The translations under genes and the position numbers were made by a program. From contig CM082579.2 of the NCBI GenBank assembly GCA_040954595.2, positions 5,080,879 to 5,144,878 on the forward strand: DNA of 64,000 bases, given 5' to 3'. The notes beneath the pieces are model-generated. The model searched no databases. It worked only from the letters and a program-made list of their open reading frames with translations, and had not been told where the DNA came from. The stretch is from Balanoglossus misakiensis (lineage: Eukaryota; Animalia; Hemichordata). Below are positions 1 through 11,500 of this stretch, in pieces (positions within the stretch are counted from its first letter, which is position 1; every line of letters starts with the position of its first letter).

Positions 1-2216
1 ACACACCTTTATCCTTTTGTGTGCCACAACACGGGGAATTAAAAAACAACAGAAGGTAAATAGGGGGCACAGTGCGACAGTGACAATGGCCACTCACATA
101 ATTACAGGAACGTTACATCTGGGAAACCCTGAATTGAACCCCGAAATCCGACGTGCTCCAACATTTTCGACGCAACCATTTCTAGTCTGTAATGTGACAC
201 AGTACACGTTCAGTAAAGTAGCATTATAGTGCACAACATACATATCTGTCTGTTTCCGTGTACTGCAGGTAAACACACCTAACCTTAACTGTGACTTAAC
301 CAGTGAACACACAACAGTCCAGCCAACTGAGAATATATGTGGAGGTGATATTGACCAGAAGATGCCTCCATCGTCATCAATATATCCACCATAATAAAAA
401 TCACTTACTTTGTATGCGTTCATATTACGGCCATGTCTGCTATCTGAATAATCAATATGGCTGCCCCCTTTTATCCCCCATAAATAGAATGAACCAATCA
501 CAGGTGTGCTTAGATAGGTGACTCGGCTTCGCACTGGCTGCCTCAGCATGTTTCAGTGGACAATAACACAGAAAAAAAGCTCAGCCAGGAGCAGCCGCCA
601 ATATTTCCCTTTTATCGCAATTTCAGGGCGGCTTTGTTCTTTTTCAGCTGCATTCAACTTGGTGAAGAAAACGCACAAGAAAAAAACCCACGCCAGGGTT
701 CATGAAGCAACAGAGACAGGAATGCGGCTGGCAGCGGCTCAAATTTCCCCCCAACAATGCAGGGCAATATTTCTTTTAGACTGCAGGCGCACAAAAGAAA
801 GTCAAATCTGAGCCAGTACCAAGTAGTTGAAAATATTTGCACTGAAACCAAATCCAGATGGGCCCTCCATTCTTTCCCCTCCCTTTTAAGGAAAATAAAT
901 ATTGTGCCGGACTTATTCAAAACAACTTCTTTGCATGCCTTGTTGAATAAAAATAATTTATTCAACCGACAAATTTTCGTTTGACATCAGTTTCTGCTGT
1001 ATATACATGCATCGCTAAAATATGCAGGGAATTCTTTTCTGGTTTACTGAGGTCTTGTTTTTCAAATTAAAGCGGGTGTGATTTTATAAACTCTAACCAC
1101 AGTCTAGCCAAGCTAATGAATGTCTAGTCAGACTTCAATAAAAAACAGTGGTAGTGACTACATGAAGGAATTTGCTGGTGTGTTTTTTGTGACATCAGAG
1201 TCACCCAGTACCACACAACTTCTTTTTTTTGTTGCTGAAAACCAACAAAATTCTTTCCCATCAGGATTTTGACAACTTTGCTTGGCTTTTGTCGTTCAGT
1301 CAGCCGGTTGATCACCCTACCTCACTGACCCCTTCCTTTTATCGGCCCGTTCCAATTAGGCGGGCTGACTCTGCAAGGGCTTTTAGCGCCCAGAAAGCGA
1401 AAACCAAAGAATTCTGTTCAGGGCGATTCACCGCCGGTTATTGCCCGTTGGACGCAAAACAAATAACCCCGTGATTACGTCGGTTTCAGGTGATACTCCC
1501 AGCCCATTGGGGGCTCCCGCGACAAAGACACCATGCATTGACCCAAGACACCGGGAACACTGCACGGCTAAGAATATAGCCTGGCACGTATTTGATCAGG
1601 ATGACAGAGTGATTATTTAGTCTGATTGATGCTTTTTTGTCATCAAAGAAAACTTCATTTCAGCACTCTCTGAAAGGCACATTGTGGTTTTGAAAGACGC
1701 CCCAATCAGGTCGTTTCCTTTTATTATCATCATTCATAAACATTTCAGGTCCCGTTTCTTATATTCCCACTGCATATCTCAAATTCCGACATGAAATGCT
1801 CTGTTTGGATAATTGACGATTAACGTGGCAAAGTGCCGGTAAAAGATTCAATTGCTTCTCTTCCTTTTTTATGTTCAAATACGGTAATTTTTTCTATTTT
1901 CCCATGGAAGCCCACTATTATTCCATATTGAATTTCACAAAAGTTGGATTTGGAAGTAAATCTCTCACCTGATGCTCACTCAAAATAAAAGCCTAAATAC
2001 ACAAAATTCATGTTTAAAAATCTACTTCTGGTTGATAAATACCTCCACATCGCGGGCATGAGTGAAAGCCAACCTGTGATCACCAAGCATTATAACCTCT
2101 GTTTGAGGTGAAGAGATGACGTGATGAGGGAACTGAATACTCAGGAGGGAAATACGCGTGATACCTGAGCTCTGAACACCTGCCAATGTTTCTGCAGCAT
2201 TGATACATACAAATTC

Positions 2217-3621
2217 CGAATCTGAACTCCAGATGGAAGTCACTCCGCTTTCATAGAAACAATTAATCTTGCATAAAAATAGCACATTGATCACATGTAA
2301 GCAGTCCAGACCAACCTTGGTAATGCAGTTCCCCAGTCTTGGAACAAAATGAGAAAGCTGTCGTCTCTGACCGTTACACTTGTGCGTCTATCAGCACCAC
2401 ACTTTGTGAACTGTACGCCCATTGTGCTCATGGCATCGTGCAAGTAACGGTCAGCAACTGGAATTCAACTTTTCTGCTCGCACAACCCAGGGCGGATCAT
2501 CACCCTATTACTTCACAATTCTTCAGACTTCTGCTCAGTTGGCGACAATGATTCCCAATGCAGAGGAATTAAGACATTGACAAATGAAGTCAGAACCACT
2601 TTCGATCTAACCCTGACAATCAACCTGGGCAGTCTTCCCTTTGCCTGCCAGCCACACCAACCAATCAGTCATCAGGTATTCAACAACACAGTGGTTTCAC
2701 TTTTCACGAACGAAGTCGCTACACTACCTTGCAAGTGGCTTGGATCTTGTTGAATATTTTCCACCCGCTACTCAATTCTTCTCTGGTTTCAGCGCAGAGC
2801 AAAAGATAAAACGTTGCATTGTGAGGAGTGGAGCTGACACACCGCCAACCAGCATCTCTGCCCCGACACAAGGTACCGTCATCGCCACAGCCGTGTGGAG
2901 CGCTTCCTGTCTGCAGTCGAATCTGAACTCCAGATGGAAGTCACTCCGCTTTCATAGAAACAATTAATCTTGCATAAAAATAGCACATTGATCACATGTA
3001 AGCAGTCCAGACCAACCTTGGTAATGCAGTTCCCCAGTCTTGGAACAAAATGAGAAAGCTGTCGTCTCTGACCGTTACACTTGTGCGTCTATCAGCACCA
3101 CACTTTGTGAACTGTACGCCCATTGTGCTCATGGCATCGTGCAAGTAACGGTCAGCAACTGGAATTCAACTTTTCTGCTCGCACAACCCAGGGCGGATCA
3201 TCACCCTATTACTTCACAATTCTTCAGACTTCTGCTCAGTTGGCGACAATGATTCCCAATGCAGAGGAATTAAGACATTGACAAATGAAGTCAGAACCAC
3301 TTTCGATCTAACCCTGACAATCAACCTGGGCAGTCTTCCCTTTGCCTGCCAGCCACACCAACCAATCAGTCATCAGGTATTCAACAACACAGTGGTTTCA
3401 CTTTTCACGAACGAAGTCGCTACACTACCTTGCAAGTGGCTTGGATCTTGTTGAATATTTTCCACCCGCTACTCAATTCTTCTCTGGTTTCAGCGCAGAG
3501 CAAAAGATAAAACGTTGCATTGTGAGGAGTGGAGCTGACACACCGCCAACCAGCATCTCTGCCCCGACACAAGGTACCGTCATCGCCACAGCCGTGTGGA
3601 GCGCTTCCTGTCTGCAGTCGA
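2217..3621. repeat. Tandem duplication of a 701-bp unit (2217-2917, 2918-3618) with 3-bp CGA microhomology
   Basis: Copies appear identical by eye; ORF translations at 2339/3040 and 2641/3342 repeat at offset 701; CGA occurs at 2217, 2918 and 3619. Confidence 0.95.
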
Positions 3622-6600
3622 CACTGCAAATGTGCAAATGACCGTTTGAAACCACATCCAACGGTTCAGACTCTCAGGCAGAAGTAATAATTGGGTAACA
3701 ACTGTTGACAAGATTAAAAGCTCCCCCCTCCGCCTGACCCGGGGGTTCGTGTTTCACTTTCATGACAGTAAAAATGTCAAAAATGCACCCATGAGAGGGC
3801 ACTTGTGCAACCAGAAACTGATCGCGGCAGAATTGAAATCCGTCTTGTGTGCCGAGATCAAATGTGGCAATAATAGTACATGTACATGTAATACATAGTG
3901 AAATTGTGGAAACTTTCAACAACTCTGAAGTCAAATGAAAATTCTCATCACCCCATATCCCTGGTATCCCCCCCCCCCCCCCCACTGGACCTGATAATCT
4001 ATGCCTCATAAACTCCGACCAATTTGGTAAAAGCCAGCCCTGCCTCTCACCATGACCTTATGCTTGGTGGGGGTCCCTATTACTAATTAAACCTCTCACA
4101 AACTATGCTGCCAACAATGTCCACTGCCTGTTTCCACAAACCCCCACCTGTAATTAATCTGTTCCCCCTGCAGATAAGCCAAATTAAAGTGGTTCGCACA
4201 AGACATATTTGATCTGCATGACTTGCTATCAGTCTGACAATCAAGACTGTTTTCTGCCCCCAAACTTTCTCTTTTTGGGGGGGTTATGCAGACGGGTGCC
4301 ACATAAATCTAGTTTAATTGAGACACATTACACAAGACTGTCAATAATGAAGTTTGCACACTGGTATTTAGCCAATTTTTTTTTACTTCATTCAAGTTGA
4401 CGTAGACTCTCTCACAGAAAATTCCTAAAAGTAATCAGTGCAATGTTGAAACATGGCAAAAGTACCTGGCGTTTCTACAAACCATCAGTCCACAACTTGA
4501 CTAATATTACTGTTTTTTTTAACCACAAATGTCACTCTCTTTTTCACAGTAGAACGGCTTTGAATTTTCACATAAACAGAGACTGTGACTGCTATTTTTA
4601 TCTCCTCGGAAAATTATTTCAACACCAGTTTCCTCAATAAAACAGAACCCAGCTCATCAGTTTACAAGACCGAAGTTAAAGACATATCAGATGGCGACAT
4701 GACTCCATGAGGGCACCTCATGCAGCTATTATTTCCATGTAATGTAATTGTCAGGCCTTATAAACTAAACTGCATGTTGATCATCTGGCTTCTGTTCTGG
4801 AGAAGTGACCTTAGACCTTTTGTATTTGGCTTTCTATCAACTTCCCCAGGAAGTGTGCGCAGACAGAGAACAAATTAGCCGCCACTTGAGAGCCCTCTTG
4901 AGTCTAATTATGAATCTTTTCACTTTGCTTTTCGCGCCTGCTTTCTTTTCGTTTACACCACAGCACCAGAGTATGTCAAATCGTCCCAACAAACAAGTCA
5001 CACCCACCAAATGTATTTGCTTTCGTACTGAAAGATGATTAAAATTGCTGTTTCACCAGTTTGGATTTTTCTGAAGAAATGGTTTAACTTGTCAAAAACA
5101 CTCTTTCTAGGGTCTATGACTTGACAAATCACTGGGGAAAACCCTCTTGGGACTGCGACTCCAAAGCATTCAGCTTTCACTAATCTGGGGACAGACTCTA
5201 TATATACATGGAAAGCAAACTCGCAAACAGTTTATGAACAAACACTCCAGACCAGACACAAATAAAAAAAAAACACACCTATACCAGGACACATAACTCT
5301 GCTCTGAATCAGAACAGCTGATTCAAACCAGTCTTGCCAACAACTACCTGTATTTATCAGCGTCGGCTATAAATAGACTCATCACCATGGCGAAAACTTC
5401 ACCACCAAGATATGCTCCAAGAGCGTCCAATTCCAGATGTTGATGTCTCGCGGGTACTTGACCATGGTCACCCAGACTACATACTTCCAAGTTCAACTCC
5501 AAACATTGGAGTTAGTGTTTTTGTATCTATGTTGACTACTGTGCATGTTACACATTGTCACCTTTACACGCCCACTCATTGCACCATCTGTCCAGTCATA
5601 GACAGTAGTCTAGTCTGTCTATGATCCAGTACAAACTTTCATAGTTCTGATTTGTTATACAGGCGCATTAATCCCCAAAGTTTGCGACTTGGTTATTGTT
5701 CCTCTAAACTTTCATGGTTAACTTGTTTTCTTGACATAAAATACCATGGTTACTAAACCAAATATAAACACCGCCCATTATTTTGTAAACACAGTAAATA
5801 TTAAGGTTGAGTAATTTCTGCTGGGAGGGTCTAAAAAACATTGTACTTTGTCAAAGACCTCAGTTCTGCCGGCTCATATTTCGAGGTGAAATCTCTCTTT
5901 GTGTTTCTCCCTCTCTCTCTCCGACCCCCTCCCCTATCTCTCTATCAATCTGGGTGTACATGTGTGGACAGGGACCAGAAGCAACCATCCCGAAACATCA
6001 AATTATCCGATACAAATACTTAAAGATGAACAGTTTTGAAGTTTGTCTGGCAGATCTGCTATACAAAACACCTACCCTGTTTCAACAAAACATCATACCT
6101 GTCCAGGAACACTGTCCAATCGGTCTAGACCCCCTGACTGTATGCCGAATAACTATCAACCGCATGGCTTTTGGGTTTCACCAACCGCTTGGTTGCATTC
6201 CGGTTGCATGACTCTTCCCATATGTGTCCGAGACCCCTTTTGTGCAATCCGGACAGTTGCATGGAGTCTAATTCCCTGTTTACCCAGATCAACACAAGAC
6301 AATGGCCAAGGTTGGGTTGGGTCGTTACAGTGGTGGCATGGCAAAGAGAGAGAGTGAAAGATCTGTGAATCAGTCCACTGACCAAAAGGAACTGGAATGT
6401 GCTTGATTATGCCCCCCCCCCCTGGCCCTCACCTAAAAAATAAAAGACCCGACGAATCCAAATGAATGGAATTTCTGCTGCAGGGATACACTTTTACTAC
6501 CTGCAATGCATGCCGCTGATTACAGGCCTCTGCAATTTAATTACCACGGACGGAAGACTTTATCTTTGAAATGCCCGGGAAACTAGGAACACAAAATGCA

Positions 6601-7574
6601 GTTTAATCTCGGGAATATGTGAAAATAAATAACATCTGACCAAGGTGTTATTTTCTCCTCCCTTTGTGTGTAGGTATTACTTCGGCCAAAAGTAGCAAAT
6701 CTGATCCAATGCCCTGAAGTGAATCGCAAAGGTAAGTGTATATACACATGCAAATTGTCCAGTTATATGCATGAATTAGACTAGGAGGGAGTTTATTTTC
6801 CTCTTTGGGGACTCTAACTGAACTCAAGTGTGAACTGCAGAATTATGGCAACTGGATGACGTTAAGTGTGCCTCACAATTATGCAAGTGGCAAAAACACA
6901 TCCTCACACTAAATAAAAATACAATTCTGGTGAGTGAGTGGGTAACTTGGTGATTAAAATCACCGGCCCACTTCACAGAAATGTACGCATATCTGCCTTG
7001 CAGCGTTACTGCGCAGCAGTGGAGCCATATCAGATACAGTCGGGCCCTCTGGCCACTAAACATGCACCAGATCATTCAGCCCAGAAAATATACTGTTAAA
7101 AATAGGCAAAAATCATTGGTGTGCAAATAACGCCTGGAAAGCTATGGTCGCAGGTCTTGCGTAGAGTAACGCCATAGCAACCGTTGAAAGAAAACAAAAG
7201 AGGCCCATGCATTCTGTTCTGGCATGTTGGTCCCTTCTGGCATAGGATACACTTTCTATTGTTTTCTTCCCTCCATTCAAAAAGAAAAAATATCGTCTGC
7301 AAAGGACTCACTCTCATTGGACAATACTAACTTTCAATTTACCGGGCGACAAAGGTGGCGCAGTCAAGGAATTTGGGGAATGTCTTGAAAACCAGGCAGC
7401 GAGGGAAAGGGAGAGAAAAAAACCCACTTTGTTCGATCTCTCGGGACCAGAATTGGGAACCTGCATGTATCTACCCGTGCCGAACAAAGAGCCATAAAAA
7501 GTTAAACTTGAATGAAAGAACATAGTTCAAATATTTCCGAATGACTACACCGACACAACTGCGCTATTTGTCAG

Positions 7575-8541
7575 GGCTGTATCTAAAACCTGGACTGGAC
7601 TCATGGACTGGACTCGTGGACTGGACTCATGGACTGGACTCGTGGACTGGACTGGATTTCAAATTTTTGATTTCTCACTTGAAAATGAGTCTGAGTCTAC
7701 AAGTCCAGTCCCAGTTCACAATTATGATGACACAGACACTTTAAATTACATAATTTATGTAAATGATACAGTCTTTAATTACCTTAAGTCAGTGGTGAGT
7801 CCACTGTATACAATAAAAGGAAAGAGGCTCCTCACACCTCAATCATAAATTTCTTAAAGAAATTTAGAATTGAAGTATATAATAGTTTATCGTAGCAGTA
7901 AAGAAATCTAAGAATAATTAAAAATGACAAGTCAATACGATAGTTGCTAGAATTGGTAAAACAAGAAAAGTGGGAGGTGGTGTCCCCCTCCCACATAAGA
8001 CAATTTTGTAAAATATGGTGCTCAAAGTTGCATTTTAGTGTACCCAAAAGCAAATGAAGTCAATGTTAGGGAGGACATATTTCACTTTTGCCACTCAAAG
8101 TTAACATGAGTGGGGGTGGGATGGCAAGTATTCTGCCCTGGTACTCTAGATGTGGCGAAGAATGGATGGGGTGGGTGTGGGAATGGGTGTCCCCCTCCCA
8201 CATTAGAAAAAGTGACCCCCCCCCCCCCCCCTGGATTTTGCCGCCCCCAGCCGTAAAAACTGAACGGTCCCTAAAAGTAATAATAAGTTACATGTACATG
8301 ACCTGCTGTGAGGCATGCTATCTTTAGGGACTCACCACTGACTAAGGTAATTAAAGACTGTATCATTTACATAAATTATCTAATTTCAAGTGTCTGTGTC
8401 ATCATAATTGTGAACTGGGACTGGACTTGTAGACTCAGACTCATTTTCAAGTGAGAAATCAAAAATTTGAAATCCAGTCCAGTCCACGAGTCCAGTCCAC
8501 GAGTCCAGTCCATGAGTCCAGTCCAGGTTTTAGATACAGCC
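7575..8541. mobile_element. Non-autonomous Foldback/Mutator-like DNA transposon with long modular TIRs and 9-bp TSD
   Basis: TIRs 7575-7802 and 8328-8541 (GGCTGTATCTAAAACCTGGAC...); TSD ATTTGTCAG at 7566-7574 and 8542-8550; TIRs contain 13-bp TGGACTGGACTCR units (4 left, 3 right); no transposase ORF. Confidence 0.92.
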
Positions 8542-11500
8542 ATTTGTCAGACCGCTTGACATTCATTCGCACACGCATCGCGAACCACATTTCCCTGGCT
8601 TTTTTTATTGTCTGGACTTTTAAGCAGTCCCGGTGGAATACAATCGGGTCAAGATCCAACTTGCCAGATGCCGTGGCTTTATCTCCGCGTCTGCCACTTG
8701 TGCTTTTAAATAAAAACTGACGTTCTAAGCCCCCAGGGATATGTCGGGGTACTAAATCACCCCATGTGCTCAGGTGTGGCTCAGGGAAAAAATGAGCAAT
8801 GCTGAAAGTCACTGGACATTTTCCAAGATTTCCACATCTTTATACCATATGGTTTATGTGCATAAAGAATTCTTTGTGGCGATTTTCATCTGCATACACC
8901 AAAGGTATGCATGTGAATCTGTCGAGAATTATGACATATGCGTCGCACCTTTGTGGTTAAAACGGAAATCGTGTACATGAAATGAAATCTTGCATCCACA
9001 TCAAAACTTTGGTACACATTCCACACTCCTCTCCACTCCACTCCACTCAGAAAAACATCCCCAGCTAAGGTATTCTGACCATACAGATTACACCCCTGTG
9101 ATGACGACATGAAAAGCCCCACCAAAGATGGTGAGGCTCGTGGCCCAACCAATCCAAACCCTAAAACCATCCCACTTTCCAATACAAAAGGACTCAAGTA
9201 CACAGGTATGACGCCATGATTTGCCTGAATGCTGTCAAGATAAGATCTGAGACTGCGGATAATCCCCAACCTATAGCCACCGTTAAGGCAAATCCGACAG
9301 GTTTTGAATCCATCCCAGGTGACAATGGATGACAGGGCTAAACTGGATGACAATCATGGAACAATGTCTACAAGCATTTCAAGGCTGCCACCAATGTCGA
9401 AATAATAAAGAAATATTCCTTGTTTGAAAAGGAACAAACTGTTTTATTTTTCAAAGGAATCCCTCGGGTATGTTTATGTTGTCACCCTAACCAGGCCAGC
9501 CTCTTGAACAGCTATTTCGGCAGAGCCAGGCAGGTCAAAACCAAAGGACATGAACAGTTAATGAAAAAAAAGACTAAAATGCCTCTGGGACTACCAGTAA
9601 GGGTCTGGAGATTTAGGCACACAATGGCAAAGCTGTGTTCGTGATCTTCGGACTACAATCAAGTACAGAACGAGCGACCTTTGAGACAAAAGCCGGCACT
9701 GAAATATGTAAATCTAGAAAAAAAATCTGGCTCAGTGGAACAAAGCCCGGTCTAATCCCAATACCGCATTTCAGAGATTTCTGGCATTCCGACAGTCCCT
9801 GTTCAAATGTTGAACTTCAACTGGCGAGGGACACGATCACCTGAAACAGGCAGCTGTCAATGTTTCGTCTAGTTCAAGGACGTCACCACATTTTGTAAGC
9901 GGACTGCAGTATGGAATTACCGTCTGCACGCGAATACCGCGTCTGAACAGTACAAACTTAATCCTTTTTCCTAACATCAGACCACTGATGCACAGTAAGT
10001 GACAGATGGCAGAATTATTTTCTTGGGGGAATTTCCCAGTATTATGACTAATATTTTCAAAAGAATAAAATACAAAACTTAACTTAAGGGACTTTTCTTA
10101 CCTGTCACAGCAGGAAATAAAGAGATCTGACAACACGTACTGCATAAAATAACCCAGAAAATGACGTACAGTGAGGGGAAAATGACGTAGGAAGGGGAAT
10201 AGCCCAATAAACAGATCCTGGTCCAAAATGTAGAGCAGTGACGCTCATGTTTCGACCTTTGAACTCTTTTACCAAGAATTAACGGGGAGACGCCTCCGAT
10301 GACTAAAACTGATTCCACAGCCTTGTACTCTGAACGAAGCACCTCATATTGACATATCAGGACACGTAATTATGATGTTTAGTGAACTGGCATAAACCGC
10401 AAGTTTGTTCACGGTTGGTCAACCTCCGAGAGCAATACTTGACTTGAAAAACCATAATGTTGGACAAAAACAACGTAAAGATTAACAGACCCTTAGAAAG
10501 CCTTGGAACTGCAGTAAAACTCACTAATACCGTAGCAGTGGATTGTAAGTTGGCCAATTTACGACTGTGAAAGTGTAAAAACATTAGCTCCTGATGTGGT
10601 TACCCGCGGTAAATAAGCACTTTACGGAGTGTTGTTGTCTTGGAAACTAAAGACTGTGGGGAAGCAGTGAAATGTAAAACTTCAGGATTCTTAAGGAGTT
10701 CACAGATAATCATTTCACCCACCTGTTGAATGGCATTAACAGTGCTACATGAACAACAACAGCAGTCATAATGATGATGGTGACGAAATGTTTGGAAGAA
10801 CTCGACAGTAAAATCAGCACGATGCAACTGCCTCTTCATGTACTTCAAGTATCTAAATAGCTTTTGGTTCTTTCATCTATAAATGTAAATGAGACTGGCT
10901 GACCTAATACATAAGTACTTCGATCTGTTTCCTGACGTCACCGGAGGTCAATTTGAGGTGAAGCTGGGTGGGAGGGGAATTTGGCATGTGGAGAGATACT
11001 AATTTTAACTCCATCACTGCTACAAATAATTGAAAGACTTGATAATGGTCACAAAGAGCTCCAAAATGCCTGTGCTGAACCAAAATACTTGGGTTTGAAA
11101 ACAGTCGATTCAGACTCAATGTACAAATATCTAGGGACAAGGCCAACTCGGTCCTTTGTCAGATGTCCAGAAGAGAACATTTAGAAAAAAATCCATACAT
11201 CTATTTTTAAATAGTTTATCAAAATCTACAGTTACAATTGCAGCATTCAAATGGGGGCTGGTATGTGGTTGAAAAGCACGGGTGGGAACACATGTCTATT
11301 AATTGGACATTGCCAATAGATTCTATGATGCCGATTGTTCGCCATTACAATTGGGGAAGGAATGTCACCTTGTAATCCCCTCAAGAATTTAGCCTTGACA
11401 TCCCTTCTTTTATTTGAATTGGTTTAGCCTATGTGTACTGTTCAGCCTAGGTGGTTCAGTCGACTCTTCTGAAGGGAGGGAATATTCTCAGACAGTCTGA

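Noticed and set aside
7590-7656. Short repeats resembling a CRISPR array or a repeat protein (GLDSWTGLVDW ORFs)
   Set aside because: No spacers; these are the tandem modules of a transposon TIR, mirrored at 8473-8526.
8886-9353. 155-aa minus-strand ORF
   Set aside because: TTG start, no recognisable domain, no convincing flanking splice sites.
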